From a virus (lineage: Duplodnaviria; Caudoviricetes): a stretch of DNA of 62,373 bases. Of the stretch, positions 28,387 through 39,536 are shown in pieces; within the stretch, counting starts at the first letter, position 1, and each line of letters begins with the position of its first letter. The notes under the pieces are model-generated. The model was not told where the DNA came from. It worked only from the letters and a program-made list of their open reading frames with translations, and searched no databases. The stretch spans positions 1 to 62,373 of the IMG/VR virus record IMGVR_UViG_3300008120_000066; one strand, given 5' to 3'. A program made the position numbers and the translations under genes.

Positions 28387-29813
28387 CAATAAGAGACGTA
28401 AATTACATTAACGATGTTTGCCGAGTGGTTCTTTCTAAACCACAAGGTATTACCAAATCGGAGCCAGCTGGAACAATTAGAATTTCTGGCACACCAACAT
28501 CGCTTACTGAAAGTTCATATGCTTCTCCTACTCTTGATTTAGATTTTGCTAAAACACAAAGTGTTGACTCAAGAATTACATTTTCAAGATCTACTACTGC
28601 GTCATACTATGATAGTAACGGATTTCTTAGATTTGCTGCTGTCAATCAACCAAGAATACAATTTGATCCAGACACAAAAGAATGTCTTGGATTGTTGATG
28701 GAAAATGTATCAACAAACATTATTAATGCTAGTGAGTGGCAATTTGGAGCTAGTAATGGATTTACAAATCTTGATCCTGATAATACATTTGATCCGTCAG
28801 ACGTTACTGTTCCAACAAATGAATCTGGAACAGTTAGATCTTTAATCGCATCAACTACAGCTTCAAGTATTAGATATGCTCTTGCTGCAAAAACTCATAT
28901 AGGAACAGAAATATGTGCGTTTTCTGCATTTTTTAAACAAGTAACAAACAATCAGGTTTTTCCATGTTTAGTTATAGATAATACTGTTGGTAGTGGTGTG
29001 TTTGCTAGATTTAATTTAGTAAACGGAACAGTAGAACAAGCCCAAATTACTGGTACTGGTGTACTTATTGCTTCAGGAATTGAAAAACTTCCAGGTGGTT
29101 GGTCACGCTGTTGGGTTATTGGTCGTTCCCCCGCAACAGCTTCTGGTAGACTTGCGATTAGTATAGTAGGTGGAAATTCAACTAATGGTTATGATCCACC
29201 TTGGACACCAACAGCAGTAGGAGATGGTGTTCGAGTTTGGGGTATTCAATATGAACAAGGTCTTCCTTTTAATCGATTAAGACCATCTTCTTATATAAGA
29301 ACCCAAAGCGGAGCAATTACGAAATTTGCAGATTCTGCGAGTATAACAGGAACAAATTTTTCTAGATGGTATAATCAATCTCAAGGAACAATCCTTGTTG
29401 ATTTTTACAAGAGATATGCTGGAAATTATCCAGAGACCAATATGATTTTTAGATTCTCAGACGGAACTCTGAATAATTTTATTGATTTATCAGGTGTTAC
29501 TGGCACTAATACCATTCGTTTTGTAGGAACAACTGCTGCTGGTAACGGAACATTTCAAACTGCTAATGCTCAACAAGGATTTAATCGAGCTGTTGGAACA
29601 TATTTGTTTAATAGAGGCGATCTGGTTTCAAATGGAACAAGAACAACAGCTGTTGATACGTTATATACTCCACCAACAGCTCTTATAGGTGTAGATATTG
29701 GGCATTTTGGAGGATCTTTCCAACTAAATGATTGTATTGCTAGACTAGTATATTATCCTATATCTATAGACCCTAATGTTACTCTTGGAATGTCAGTTCC
29801 TAGAAACTTTTAA
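28383..29813 (+). CDS. Head/tail spike-fibre protein with ConA/laminin G-like lectin domains
   Basis: TLDLDF....ITFSRSTTASYYDSNG...AVNQPRI.FDP...E.LGLL.E..STN; GWSRCW; SSYIRT; WYNQSQGTI; LN.CI.RL.YYP. The start codon is uncertain. Confidence 0.7.
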   Translation: MTIRDVNYINDVCRVVLSKPQGITKSEPAGTIRISGTPTSLTESSYASPTLDLDFAKTQSVDSRITFSRSTTASYYDSNGFLRFAAVNQPRIQFDPDTKECLGLLMENVSTNIINASEWQFGASNGFTNLDPDNTFDPSDVTVPTNESGTVRSLIASTTASSIRYALAAKTHIGTEICAFSAFFKQVTNNQVFPCLVIDNTVGSGVFARFNLVNGTVEQAQITGTGVLIASGIEKLPGGWSRCWVIGRSPATASGRLAISIVGGNSTNGYDPPWTPTAVGDGVRVWGIQYEQGLPFNRLRPSSYIRTQSGAITKFADSASITGTNFSRWYNQSQGTILVDFYKRYAGNYPETNMIFRFSDGTLNNFIDLSGVTGTNTIRFVGTTAAGNGTFQTANAQQGFNRAVGTYLFNRGDLVSNGTRTTAVDTLYTPPTALIGVDIGHFGGSFQLNDCIARLVYYPISIDPNVTLGMSVPRNF

Positions 29814-29824
29814 ATGCAGTATTT

Positions 29825-29832
29825 TATAAATA
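29825..29832 (+). promoter_or_regulatory. T4-type late promoter TATAAATA
   Basis: Exact consensus, intergenic, upstream of an AAGGAG RBS and the ATG at 29890. Confidence 0.8.
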
Positions 29833-29889
29833 ATCCAATAAACCCAACGATTTTTTATCGTAGAACAACCCCTCCAAGGAGACGAAACA

Positions 29890-30345
29890 ATGATTAATGA
29901 AGATTTAAGAGCCATCGGTAAACTCAAGATTGAAGTTATTTCACCAGATGGTATTGTAAAAGACAAACGTGAGGTTGACAATTTAGTTGTTGACACTGGA
30001 AGAACTCATATCGCATCTCGTATGGTGGGAGTTGCTCAAAACATTATGAGTCATATGGCTATCGGCACTTCCTCAACAGCTGCTGCAGCTGGTCAAACAA
30101 CTCTTACTGCTGAAGTTGGAACTCGTGTTGCGTTTACATCATATACTAACGCATCTCAGGTTGTAACTGCCATTGCTACATTCGGCGCTAGCAACCCAGC
30201 AACTGCGCAAGGTATTCAGGAAGCAGGAATTTTTAATGCTCTTACTTCTGGAACTATGCTTTGCCGTACAACTTTTTCAGTAGTTAACAAGGATCCTGCT
30301 GATACATTGCAGATTACTTGGACAATTACAGTTAATGCGCCTTAA
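29890..30345 (+). CDS. Conserved small virion protein (tail-collar/fibre-base-like domain)
   Basis: NLVVDTG...IASRM....MSHMAIGT, EAGIFNA...GTMLCRT.F.VVNK...DTLQITWTI. Confidence 0.7.
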   Translation: MINEDLRAIGKLKIEVISPDGIVKDKREVDNLVVDTGRTHIASRMVGVAQNIMSHMAIGTSSTAAAAGQTTLTAEVGTRVAFTSYTNASQVVTAIATFGASNPATAQGIQEAGIFNALTSGTMLCRTTFSVVNKDPADTLQITWTITVNAP

Positions 30346-30364
30346 TAGTTGACTTGGTTATACT

Positions 30365-30388
30365 GGAGCAGAGTTAATTCTCTGCTCC
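30365..30388 (+). other. 9-bp stem-loop (possible terminator or processing stem)
   Basis: GGAGCAGAG-TTAATT-CTCTGCTCC with no U-tract; directly followed by TAAATA. Confidence 0.55.
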
Positions 30389-30394
30389 TAAATA
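30387..30394 (+). promoter_or_regulatory. Late promoter variant (CCTAAATA)
   Basis: TAAATA core about 28 nt upstream of the ATG at 30422; the paralogous gene at 34850 has TATAAATA at a similar position. Confidence 0.55.
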
Positions 30395-30421
30395 TTAGAA
30401 AATTGATCAACGGAGAATTAA

Positions 30422-33400
30422 ATGGCAAGAACAGTCCTTAACGAACAGTATTATACATTCAATCCAAGCACTAGAGTAATTGTAATCCCACGTGTTATTC
30501 AGCGTGAGCAGTTACTGCTTATCACCAACGTAACGACAAATACTGTCATTTATAACTTCAGTGATAATGCGCTAAGAGCAACAGCATATGCGATTACTGG
30601 AACAAACTTTCAGTATGGTGTGGCGCCAACAGGAGCAACAACTCCAGGCAAACCATATACAACAATTACATTAAACTTTAACACCAGTAGTATGTCAGCA
30701 GCAGATGAACTTCAGTTCATTGTTGACATTGAACAAGCAGAGTTTATCCCAGCAGAACAATATCGTGATCCAGTTGATAAGCTGCGTGTTTCTACACCTC
30801 AGTCATTAATTGATACTGACTTTGAATATTCTGTTCAGCCATCTAAATGGGAAAACATTAACTACATTTGGAATAAACCATCATTCTTCTCAAAGGGATC
30901 TGGTGGTAACTCTGTTGATATTACATCAATTACTGGTGGCAATCAACTTCCATATTCAACAGTTACAGTGACAACTCAAGCTGCTCATGGATTTGCTGCT
31001 GGTGATGTTATTACTGTTCAAGAAACAACAAGTCAATTTGCTGAGGGAACATTTGCAATTACATCAATTCCATCAGGAACACAATTTACATACCTAGCAA
31101 AAGGTCAAGTGAATGGATCAATTCTTGCTACTGGTCTAACAACAGTTTATGGTGGTGATACATATGACTTCTCAAATATCCCAGTTAGCGCAATTTCATC
31201 AAACGTAGGATCTCCATCTACAATTACAATCACAACACCAAACCCACATGGTTTCTTACCTGGATCTACAATTTTAGTTTCAGGTTCTTCTACAGCTGGT
31301 GTTGATGGTAACTGGATTATTACATCTGTAGTATCTCCAACAACATTCTCATATGTAACAGGAACTAATGCAATTACTGCATCGCCAAACTTAACAACAA
31401 GTATTTCAACTTTTACTTCTGCTACATCATCTGGAGCTACACGTTCTATAATTACAGCAACACTCGGAGCTGTGCATAATTTTAAAGTTGGTGATTATAT
31501 ACAGGTAACAGGTTCATCAAATGCTCAGTTGAATGGTAGCTGGGTTGTGGTAGCAACACCATCAACAACAATTGTTTCGTTTGTAATTTCAACTACAATT
31601 ACTGCTGGCGCAGTTGGTTCTGTGGGAACAGCAACAGTAAATAGATTTATTCGTTTATTCCCAAGATCAGAAGCATACCAACAACATCGTGCTCTTGATG
31701 GAGGTGTTTCTCTTACAACATCAGCAAATTTTGCTGGAGGAACTGCTACTCGCCAAACAAGACGTTATTTCCGCTATCAATCTGGAAAAGGATTGCAGTT
31801 TTCGACTGGTGCAAAATTTACACCAACATTTGACATTACAACAATTTCTGGAAGTAGCATTGGTGCTGGCTCAAAAACAGTAACTGTTACAACATTCCAA
31901 GATCATAATCTGCAAGTTGGTGCAACAATTGTTGTAGAGGGACTAACAGTTGGAACAGGAACAAATCCATATAATGGTACATTCTTAGTCGCTTCTGTTA
32001 CAGGATCAAAAACATTTACATATACAACAACATCAGACGCAGGTTTTAACGATCTTGCTCCAGGTGGCGCTGAATCCTATATTACCTGTACATTGTGGCG
32101 TGGCGCTGTAACAAGAACTGGGTTGTTTGATGACATGAATGGATTTTACTATGAATATGATGGATTAACATTATATGCTGCTCGTCGCTGGGGTATTAAA
32201 GAAATATTTGGAACAGTCGCTCCTGTTCAAGGTTCTACTACAATAACTGGAACTAATACCAGATTCCGTGAACAAATGGTTGTGGGCGACAGAATTATTG
32301 TTCGAGGAGTTCCTTATCAAGTAACAAGAATTTCTTCTGATACTTCTCTCGACATTACTGTCGCATATCGTGGATTAACACCACCATCTGAAGTAAAAGC
32401 ATTAAAGGTTCAAGAATTCCGTGTTCCACAATCTCAGTGGAATTTAGATAGAATGGATGGAACTGGACCATCAGGATATAACTTAGATATCAAAAATATG
32501 CAAATGGCATATATTGATTACACTTGGTACGGTGCTGGTTTTATTCGTTTTGGTTTCCGTTCAACAAATGGCGATATCGTTTATTGCCATAAAATGCCAA
32601 ACAATAACGTAAATAAAACTGCGTATATGCGTTCTGGTAACCTACCTGGACGTTTTGAGGCTACTAATATTGGTCCATATTCACGTGTTATGGCAGGTGT
32701 TGGCGGAACAAAAGGTAATACTGTTGGAACAGCTGATACTACAATTTACTTAGAAAATATCAGTGGTTGGCCAACCAATACTAACTCAACAAACGCATTT
32801 ATAATCAGCGATGGAACAAACGTAGAACTTTGTACATATACAGCAATCAACACAACATTTAACGCAACAGCTGGTGGATATGCAGTATCTGGTATTACTA
32901 GAAGAACTTCATTGGGTGTTAATGCGATTACTCCAGCAGGAACGTATGGTACAGTAACACTTTCAGGAACTGCGTCTAGTTTTTCATATGCTCCTGACTT
33001 TACCATCGGTGGCGGTGGAACCTCTCAGGTATTTGCACAGTATCTAACAAATACCTGCGCTCCAAATATTGCCCACTGGGGTGTGTCCGTAATTATGGAT
33101 GGTCGTTTCGATGATGATCGTTCCATTATTTTCACAACACCTACTGGTAACACTGTTTCTGTTGGATCTATTGCGATATCAACAACTTCTGTCTCAGGAA
33201 GTGTGTTGACAGTAAATACTACAGGAAACCACAATTTAGTTCAAGGTCAATTTATTACGATTAGCGGAAATGCTGGTAATATTAATCGTGAATATCAAGT
33301 TCAATCTGTACCATCAGCATCATCGTTTACTGTAGTTCAAGTAACTCCAGCAATTTCTGGTACAAACAACGCTGGTAATATTTTCCCTGTTCGTCCACTA

Positions 33401-33901
33401 ATTTCAATCCGTGTTGCGCCAACTGTTGACAACGCTATCGCCAGAAACTTTGGTATTCGTGAGGTTGTTAATCGTATGCAGCTAACACTAGTATCTTGTG
33501 GTGTTAACGTAACTGGTCAAACATGTTTAATTCGTGGATTTTTAAATCCAACATTCTTAACTCTCCAAGCATCTGGTGGACAGAATGTTGCAGTTCCAGA
33601 TGCTTGGGAATTTAACAGAGTTGGTTCTGGTTCCCTCTCACAAGTTATCTATCACGTTCAAAACGATGCGGTTGGTGGTGGAGAATCTGTGTTTGGTATT
33701 TTCGCAAACAATAACACTACTACTGCTCTTGATCTGACTAAAGCTCGTGATCTCGGTAATTCAATTTACTCTGGTAACGGGAATTTTAAATCTCCTGGAT
33801 ATCCAAATGGACCAGATGTGTTAACAATTTGTGCGCAGCCAGTGACAACAACACCATCAATAGTTTTGGCTAGATTATCCTGGACTGAAGCGCAAGCGTA
33901 A
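30422..33901 (+). CDS. Large virion structural/fibre protein, paralog A
   Basis: YTFNPSTR.IVIP...[43 protein letters not shown] and YMRSGNLP.R; several H-G/N-F/L...GD FCCH-like inserts; ends SWTEAQA. Confidence 0.75.
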   Translation: MARTVLNEQYYTFNPSTRVIVIPRVIQREQLLLITNVTTNTVIYNFSDNALRATAYAITGTNFQYGVAPTGATTPGKPYTTITLNFNTSSMSAADELQFIVDIEQAEFIPAEQYRDPVDKLRVSTPQSLIDTDFEYSVQPSKWENINYIWNKPSFFSKGSGGNSVDITSITGGNQLPYSTVTVTTQAAHGFAAGDVITVQETTSQFAEGTFAITSIPSGTQFTYLAKGQVNGSILATGLTTVYGGDTYDFSNIPVSAISSNVGSPSTITITTPNPHGFLPGSTILVSGSSTAGVDGNWIITSVVSPTTFSYVTGTNAITASPNLTTSISTFTSATSSGATRSIITATLGAVHNFKVGDYIQVTGSSNAQLNGSWVVVATPSTTIVSFVISTTITAGAVGSVGTATVNRFIRLFPRSEAYQQHRALDGGVSLTTSANFAGGTATRQTRRYFRYQSGKGLQFSTGAKFTPTFDITTISGSSIGAGSKTVTVTTFQDHNLQVGATIVVEGLTVGTGTNPYNGTFLVASVTGSKTFTYTTTSDAGFNDLAPGGAESYITCTLWRGAVTRTGLFDDMNGFYYEYDGLTLYAARRWGIKEIFGTVAPVQGSTTITGTNTRFREQMVVGDRIIVRGVPYQVTRISSDTSLDITVAYRGLTPPSEVKALKVQEFRVPQSQWNLDRMDGTGPSGYNLDIKNMQMAYIDYTWYGAGFIRFGFRSTNGDIVYCHKMPNNNVNKTAYMRSGNLPGRFEATNIGPYSRVMAGVGGTKGNTVGTADTTIYLENISGWPTNTNSTNAFIISDGTNVELCTYTAINTTFNATAGGYAVSGITRRTSLGVNAITPAGTYGTVTLSGTASSFSYAPDFTIGGGGTSQVFAQYLTNTCAPNIAHWGVSVIMDGRFDDDRSIIFTTPTGNTVSVGSIAISTTSVSGSVLTVNTTGNHNLVQGQFITISGNAGNINREYQVQSVPSASSFTVVQVTPAISGTNNAGNIFPVRPLISIRVAPTVDNAIARNFGIREVVNRMQLTLVSCGVNVTGQTCLIRGFLNPTFLTLQASGGQNVAVPDAWEFNRVGSGSLSQVIYHVQNDAVGGGESVFGIFANNNTTTALDLTKARDLGNSIYSGNGNFKSPGYPNGPDVLTICAQPVTTTPSIVLARLSWTEAQA

Positions 33902-34125
33902 TGGAAATATTTTGTTTTTACGAAAAAGCAATAAGAGAATTAGCACCAGAGGCAAACTGGTGCATATTCAATAATTCTCTTGAGGGGATAGAGTGGCGCT
34001 CTGATGATATAGAGCAGCCATCTATTGAAGATATTGAAGCAAAAGCGCAAGAGTTATATGAAGAGCATATAGAAAATGCGCCAACTGGAGATCCAGCACC
34101 ACCTGTTGGAATTTTTCCACAATAA
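33901..34125 (+). CDS. XkdW-like small tail-fibre-associated/chaperone protein
   Basis: AI.EL.P.A.W......I.W......P..E.I.A...EL pattern; TAATG coupling to the fibre gene. Confidence 0.55.
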   Translation: MEIFCFYEKAIRELAPEANWCIFNNSLEGIEWRSDDIEQPSIEDIEAKAQELYEEHIENAPTGDPAPPVGIFPQ

Positions 34126-34148
34126 TATTTTTTTACTTTGGGGATATA

Positions 34149-34805
34149 ATGAACGAAGTTGCACAAATTACGCAAGAAACTGCAGATGATATAATCAGAG
34201 AATTAGAAGATGCTTTTTATGACATCCCATTCGAGAATTCTAAATTTCAAACCGAAGCGTTTGTAATTGCTGCACAAATTACTCCAGAAAGATCATATAG
34301 ATCCATTGGTTTAAGGATGATGGCAAAACTTCGTGCGCTTAATGAAGCCAAGTTTGCAAGAATGAAACAACAAATAGATATTGATGAGATTAATTATAAA
34401 TTAGATAATAGTGAACTTGATCAATTTGAAAGACGTAGACAAGAATTAAAAAAGCAAGAATTACTGTCTGGGAATTATTGGTCAGATAAGTTAATTAACG
34501 ATGCCATTGAAGAATTAAACGTATTGTATAAACATTTTAAAACACTTCCTAAATTTACTAGAGAGCAGTTTGAATCAGCCGAAAAACTACATTTTGAGCA
34601 GCGTTTAAATAGGCAGGTTTTGGGTCTCTCTGGCGCAAAAGAAAGTCTTGTGAATATGAGCGATGATATTAGGGCATTAGAGAATTATGAGCAAAAAGTA
34701 CAAGAACTTGGTTTTACTGGTCAAGATACTCTAAAGTTGGAAGACTTAAGAAATTCTATGGCAAATATTTTAAAAGAAACTGAACAGAGAGTTCCTGCTC
34801 AGTGA
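34149..34805 (+). CDS. Helical protein, putative fibre assembly chaperone
   Basis: SKFQ...FV.....TPER.YR motif, coiled coil and FTREQFE.AE..HF..RL.RQ; lies among fibre genes. Confidence 0.55.
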   Translation: MNEVAQITQETADDIIRELEDAFYDIPFENSKFQTEAFVIAAQITPERSYRSIGLRMMAKLRALNEAKFARMKQQIDIDEINYKLDNSELDQFERRRQELKKQELLSGNYWSDKLINDAIEELNVLYKHFKTLPKFTREQFESAEKLHFEQRLNRQVLGLSGAKESLVNMSDDIRALENYEQKVQELGFTGQDTLKLEDLRNSMANILKETEQRVPAQ

Positions 34806-34807
34806 TT

Positions 34808-34815
34808 TATAAATA
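34808..34815 (+). promoter_or_regulatory. T4-type late promoter TATAAATA
   Basis: Exact consensus upstream of a GGAG RBS and the ATG at 34850. Confidence 0.8.
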
Positions 34816-34849
34816 TAGGATAGTAAGCCAAAATAACGGAGAAATTTAA

Positions 34850-37800
34850 ATGGCAAGAAAAGTCCTACTTGATCAATATTATACATTTACACCATCTACA
34901 AGAACAATTGTTATACCAAGAATTCTACAAAAAGAGTTTTTGGTTCTCATCACAAATGTAACGCAGAATCGTGTAATTTATAACTTTAGTGATCCGAATT
35001 TAACCTCAACATCATATACCTTTAATACAGCTACTAATACTACAACTGTTGTGTTGAATTATGACACGACTGGTATGTCGGGCAATGATGTTTTGCAAAT
35101 TACCTACGATGATATGGTTCAGGAATTTATTCCTGGAGAAACGTATAATGATCCAGTTTCTAAAATTCGTGTTTCTACACCACAGTCATTAATTGATACT
35201 GACTTTGAATATGGTTTACAGCCAACAAAATGGGAAAATATCTCTCTGTTAAATAATCGTCCTGGATTCTTCAATGATGTTACTTCGCCAATTCCAGTAT
35301 CAGACATTCAAGTTACAAATAATTCAAGAACTGTAACTGTTACTATTAGACCATTTTCCTTTGATGGATCTTCTTCGTCTATTGTTGACACAACGAACGA
35401 CACTATTGTTGTTTCTTCTCATCCCTATCAAACTGGTGATTTAATTAGATATTTCAATGGTGGTGGTAATATTGGTGGTCTTTCTAATGCGACTGATTAT
35501 TACGCAATCAAAATTGATTCAAATACTATTGCTTTGGCAACATCATTAAATAATTCTCTTGCTGGTACAAAAATTGATTTAACTACTGTTGGCTCTGGTA
35601 CTACTCACAATTTTGTAAATAGAATTTCTGGATCAGGAGTTCCATTCTTTATGTCTGACACATCTTTCGTGCCAGCCAATGGATCTTATTTAATTGAAAC
35701 ATATAGTGCTCCTGGTACATTACCAAGCACTTTTACGTATACTATGATTAACTTTTTTCCTGGAAGTTCTGGATCAATTTATAATCAAGACGTAACGCAA
35801 ATGTATCTTGGTGTATTTTTTAATGCGTCCGCTATTCCTGTTACATCAATTACATACTCTGGTGTTACAATTACTGTTACTACAGTTCAACCACATGGAT
35901 TAACAGCAGGTAATCTAATATACATAACAAATACAACAGCATCTACCAATGCTCCTAACGGATCTTGGGTTGTTTCACAAATTGTTAGTCCTACAATATT
36001 CAGTTTTCAAGCAGTAAACACACCAACTGGCAGTATTGCTGGCGTTACTGCATTCCCGCACACTTATACTACCGCAAATACATTATACATTCGTAACGAA
36101 AATCAACTTGTGCATAGACCACAAGATGGTGGTGTAAGATTCTCACTTGGTAGTTCAAGTAATGGATATCAACTTATTCGTCAGACAAGACGTTATTTCC
36201 GATATCAATCTGGTAAGGGGATACAGTTCTCTACTGGTACAATTTTAAAACCAACTTTCCAAGTCGATGAGTTAAATGCTGTTGGTACATTAATTACGGT
36301 AACAACAAAAGAACCACATAATTTGAATCCAGGTGTTTCTGTAACAATTTCTGGAGCAACAGATTCAGCATACAATGGAACAAGACTTGTTGTTGATGTA
36401 ATTGATGATTTTAGATTTACTTACACTGCTCTTTCCGCTCCATCAGGATCTGGTTCTTTTAATGCCGAGGCAAGTAACGCTACTGGAGCAATTAGTGGCA
36501 CAACATTAACGATTACTGTCGCACCATCATCAGGTAATTTTGCAATTAATCAGACAATTACAGGAACTGGTGTTGCTGCAGGAACTGTTATTACAGCTTT
36601 CTTAACAGGATCTGGTGGTGCTGGAACATATGAAGTTAATCAATCCCAAACTGTTTCTTCAACAACAATTTCTGGTAGTAATATAGTTGCTAGTGGTGAT
36701 AAAGTTGTCGTTGTTGCTAATCAATGGAGAGGTTCTTCTATTCGAGCAGGTATGTTTGATGAAGCAAATGGATTTTTCTTTGAATTTGATGGTCAGCAAT
36801 TATATGCATGCCGTAGAAACAGCACAACACAGTTATCTGGTTATGTTAACGTAACACAAGGTAGTAATGTAATAACTTCTGTTGCTGCTTCTTCCTTTGG
36901 TTCAGAAAAAAGAACTAAGTTTAGAAATCAACTAACACCTGGTGATAAAATTGTAGTTAAAGGGACAGTTTATACTGTAAATCACATAAACTCTAACTAC
37001 TCAATTAATATTTCTCCAGAGTATAAAGGACAAACATTATCTGGTAATAATTACGCAAATATATCAAAGGTTATTACTAGAAAAGATCCACAATCATCGT
37101 TTAATATTGATCGTTGCGATGGTACAGGTCCAAGTGGATTTAATGTAGATTTATCTAAAATGCAAATGCTATATGCAGATTATGCGTGGTATGGAGCTGG
37201 CGCTATTAGATATGGATTTAAAGATCAAACAGGCAACATATTCTACTGTCATAGAATTACTCACAGTAATTTAGAAACAGAAGCATATTTACGTTCTGGT
37301 AATTTACCAGCAAGATATGAAGTTGCTACTGATTGGGCTAGGTGTAAACTACGTGGTTCTATCGCTGATGCTGAAGTTACATCAATTACTGTTGATACAA
37401 CTGCGGAGTTTCCTTCTTCTGGTGTATTACTAATTGCTGATCCAAATGATTCTTCAAATGGTAGATATGAAACAATTGAATACTCGGGAAAAACAGCAAC
37501 AACATTTACTGGCTTAAAACGTGGTGGTGCTGTATCTGGTGCTCTTGGTTACGCAACTTCAGTTGCTTCCATAACAACAATTAAAAACAGCAATAATTTA
37601 ACTACACCAAGCGCAATTACTAATGTGCGTATTGGACAATACATAGCAGGAACAGGTATTCCCAATGATGCTTTTGTTACATCTATTACTTCTGGAACGC
37701 CAAATATTATTGAAATAAGTAGGGCAGCAACTGCATCATCTGGCGCTTCACCAATTACACTAACTTTATATCCTCTTGGTTCTACGAACGCTAACGCACG

Positions 37801-38782
37801 TGTTCATACTTATTCTTCTTCTGGCGAATCACCAGAAATTCCAATTTTCTTATATTCTCCTCAAGTAGGTATGGCAGCAAATCACTGGGGAACAGCTGTT
37901 ATAATGGATGGTCGTTTTGATGACGATAAATCTTTCGTGTTTACGCAGGGTATGCCATCTATTGTTCCTGTTTCTGCTACTGCTCCTATTGCCCTTATGA
38001 GTCTTCGTGTTGCTCCAACAGTCGATTCTGGTGTGACAGGTATTCTTGGCGCTAAAGAAGTTATTAATCGTATGCAGTTAACACTTAGTTCTCTTGGTAT
38101 TACAACTAACGGAGCGTTTTTCGTTCGTCTTGTGTTAAATCCAAGATTTGTTGTTTCTGGTATTGGTTCTGGAATAAGTTCGCCATTACTAACATTCCAA
38201 CCAGTTGGTGGATCAAGTCTCTCGCAAGTTTGTTTCCACTCTGTTGCTCCATCTGGTGCTGCAACAACATCAACACAGGTGTTTGCTCTTGGTGGTGAAA
38301 CAGTTTATGCGTTTTATACAGAACAAGGTGGTGGTGCATTGAACTATACTGTTACTACAGTAGACTTAAATAAAGTGCGTGATCTGGGTAACTCTATTCT
38401 TGGTGGTGGCACACAAAACTCTTTATTGAGCGAAAGATATAATAACATTTATCCTGATGGACCAGATATATTAACAGTTGTTGTTCAGAACGTGCTTTCT
38501 CCTGTGCCGCAAACTGCTCTTGGAACTGTTAATGTAACTAATGGTCAATCTGTTGTAACTGTTACAGATTCTTCAAGAGTTGATGTTGGGCATATCGTAA
38601 CAACAACAGGTAGCGGAAGTGGATTACCACTCGGTTCATTTATTCGTACTGTTGTTCCTGGTACAACGACAACAACATTAAACATGTCAAAACTAAACAC
38701 AACTGGCTCAGCAGGTTCATTTATATTAAGTCCGCCTTCGAACATTGCTGCTCGTATGTCATGGACAGAAGCGCAGGCGTAA
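34850..38782 (+). CDS. Large virion structural/fibre protein, paralog B
   Basis: Same conserved blocks as 30422-33901 ([49 protein letters not shown]) with different inserts. Confidence 0.75.
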   Translation: MARKVLLDQYYTFTPSTRTIVIPRILQKEFLVLITNVTQNRVIYNFSDPNLTSTSYTFNTATNTTTVVLNYDTTGMSGNDVLQITYDDMVQEFIPGETYNDPVSKIRVSTPQSLIDTDFEYGLQPTKWENISLLNNRPGFFNDVTSPIPVSDIQVTNNSRTVTVTIRPFSFDGSSSSIVDTTNDTIVVSSHPYQTGDLIRYFNGGGNIGGLSNATDYYAIKIDSNTIALATSLNNSLAGTKIDLTTVGSGTTHNFVNRISGSGVPFFMSDTSFVPANGSYLIETYSAPGTLPSTFTYTMINFFPGSSGSIYNQDVTQMYLGVFFNASAIPVTSITYSGVTITVTTVQPHGLTAGNLIYITNTTASTNAPNGSWVVSQIVSPTIFSFQAVNTPTGSIAGVTAFPHTYTTANTLYIRNENQLVHRPQDGGVRFSLGSSSNGYQLIRQTRRYFRYQSGKGIQFSTGTILKPTFQVDELNAVGTLITVTTKEPHNLNPGVSVTISGATDSAYNGTRLVVDVIDDFRFTYTALSAPSGSGSFNAEASNATGAISGTTLTITVAPSSGNFAINQTITGTGVAAGTVITAFLTGSGGAGTYEVNQSQTVSSTTISGSNIVASGDKVVVVANQWRGSSIRAGMFDEANGFFFEFDGQQLYACRRNSTTQLSGYVNVTQGSNVITSVAASSFGSEKRTKFRNQLTPGDKIVVKGTVYTVNHINSNYSINISPEYKGQTLSGNNYANISKVITRKDPQSSFNIDRCDGTGPSGFNVDLSKMQMLYADYAWYGAGAIRYGFKDQTGNIFYCHRITHSNLETEAYLRSGNLPARYEVATDWARCKLRGSIADAEVTSITVDTTAEFPSSGVLLIADPNDSSNGRYETIEYSGKTATTFTGLKRGGAVSGALGYATSVASITTIKNSNNLTTPSAITNVRIGQYIAGTGIPNDAFVTSITSGTPNIIEISRAATASSGASPITLTLYPLGSTNANARVHTYSSSGESPEIPIFLYSPQVGMAANHWGTAVIMDGRFDDDKSFVFTQGMPSIVPVSATAPIALMSLRVAPTVDSGVTGILGAKEVINRMQLTLSSLGITTNGAFFVRLVLNPRFVVSGIGSGISSPLLTFQPVGGSSLSQVCFHSVAPSGAATTSTQVFALGGETVYAFYTEQGGGALNYTVTTVDLNKVRDLGNSILGGGTQNSLLSERYNNIYPDGPDILTVVVQNVLSPVPQTALGTVNVTNGQSVVTVTDSSRVDVGHIVTTTGSGSGLPLGSFIRTVVPGTTTTTLNMSKLNTTGSAGSFILSPPSNIAARMSWTEAQA

Positions 38783-38785
38783 AAA

Positions 38786-39535
38786 ATGGCTGCTCCTATA
38801 ACAAGAGATCAGTTTACAGATTATTGTTTGCGCAAGTTGGGCGCACCTGTAGTCGAGATAAACGTAGATGATGATCAAGTATCAGATCGTATTGACGAGG
38901 CTCTACAATATTACAACGAATATCATTACGATGGTGTTGAAAGAATATACCTTAAACACCAGGTAACTTCTAATGATATTAACAATGGATATTTACCACT
39001 AACAGATTTAATTATTGGTGTCCGTAATATATTTCCAATTTCTGGAGACAATGTAACTGGTTCTGATGGTTTGTTTAATCTGCAGTATCAACTACGTCTT
39101 AACGATCTCTATGATTTGACAAATGTAAGTTTGGTGTATTATAATACAGTTCGTAATTATCTCGCTGAATTAGATTTGTTATTAAATGGAACAAAACCAT
39201 TAAGATTTAACAAACATCAAAACAGATTGTATATTGATATGGATTGGACAACTGATGTTCAAGTTGGACAATTTGTAATTGTAGATTGTTATCGTGCGCT
39301 AGATCCACAAACATGGGCTGATGTATGGAATGATATGTGGTTAAAAAGATACGCAACTGCTCTAATTAAAAAACAATGGGCGACTAATATTAAAAAGTTC
39401 TCTGGTTTGCAGCTTCCAGGTGGTGTAACATTAGATGGTGATAAATTATATGAAGAAGCATCTGATGAATTAAAAGAACTCGAAGATCAAATGCAAACCA
39501 ATTACTCATTACCACCAGATTTCATGATAGGATGA
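38786..39535 (+). CDS. gp13: Neck protein gp13
   Basis: YCLRKLGAPVVEINVDDDQ..DRIDEALQ...EYHYDG; WLKRYATALIK.QW..N..KF.G.QLPGGVTLDG. Confidence 0.93.
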   Translation: MAAPITRDQFTDYCLRKLGAPVVEINVDDDQVSDRIDEALQYYNEYHYDGVERIYLKHQVTSNDINNGYLPLTDLIIGVRNIFPISGDNVTGSDGLFNLQYQLRLNDLYDLTNVSLVYYNTVRNYLAELDLLLNGTKPLRFNKHQNRLYIDMDWTTDVQVGQFVIVDCYRALDPQTWADVWNDMWLKRYATALIKKQWATNIKKFSGLQLPGGVTLDGDKLYEEASDELKELEDQMQTNYSLPPDFMIG

Positions 39536-39536
39536 A

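Noticed and set aside
23707-38782. Diversity-generating retroelement acting on the fibre genes
   Set aside because: No reverse transcriptase in the window. The repeat pairs are all coding and their differences are not adenine-specific.
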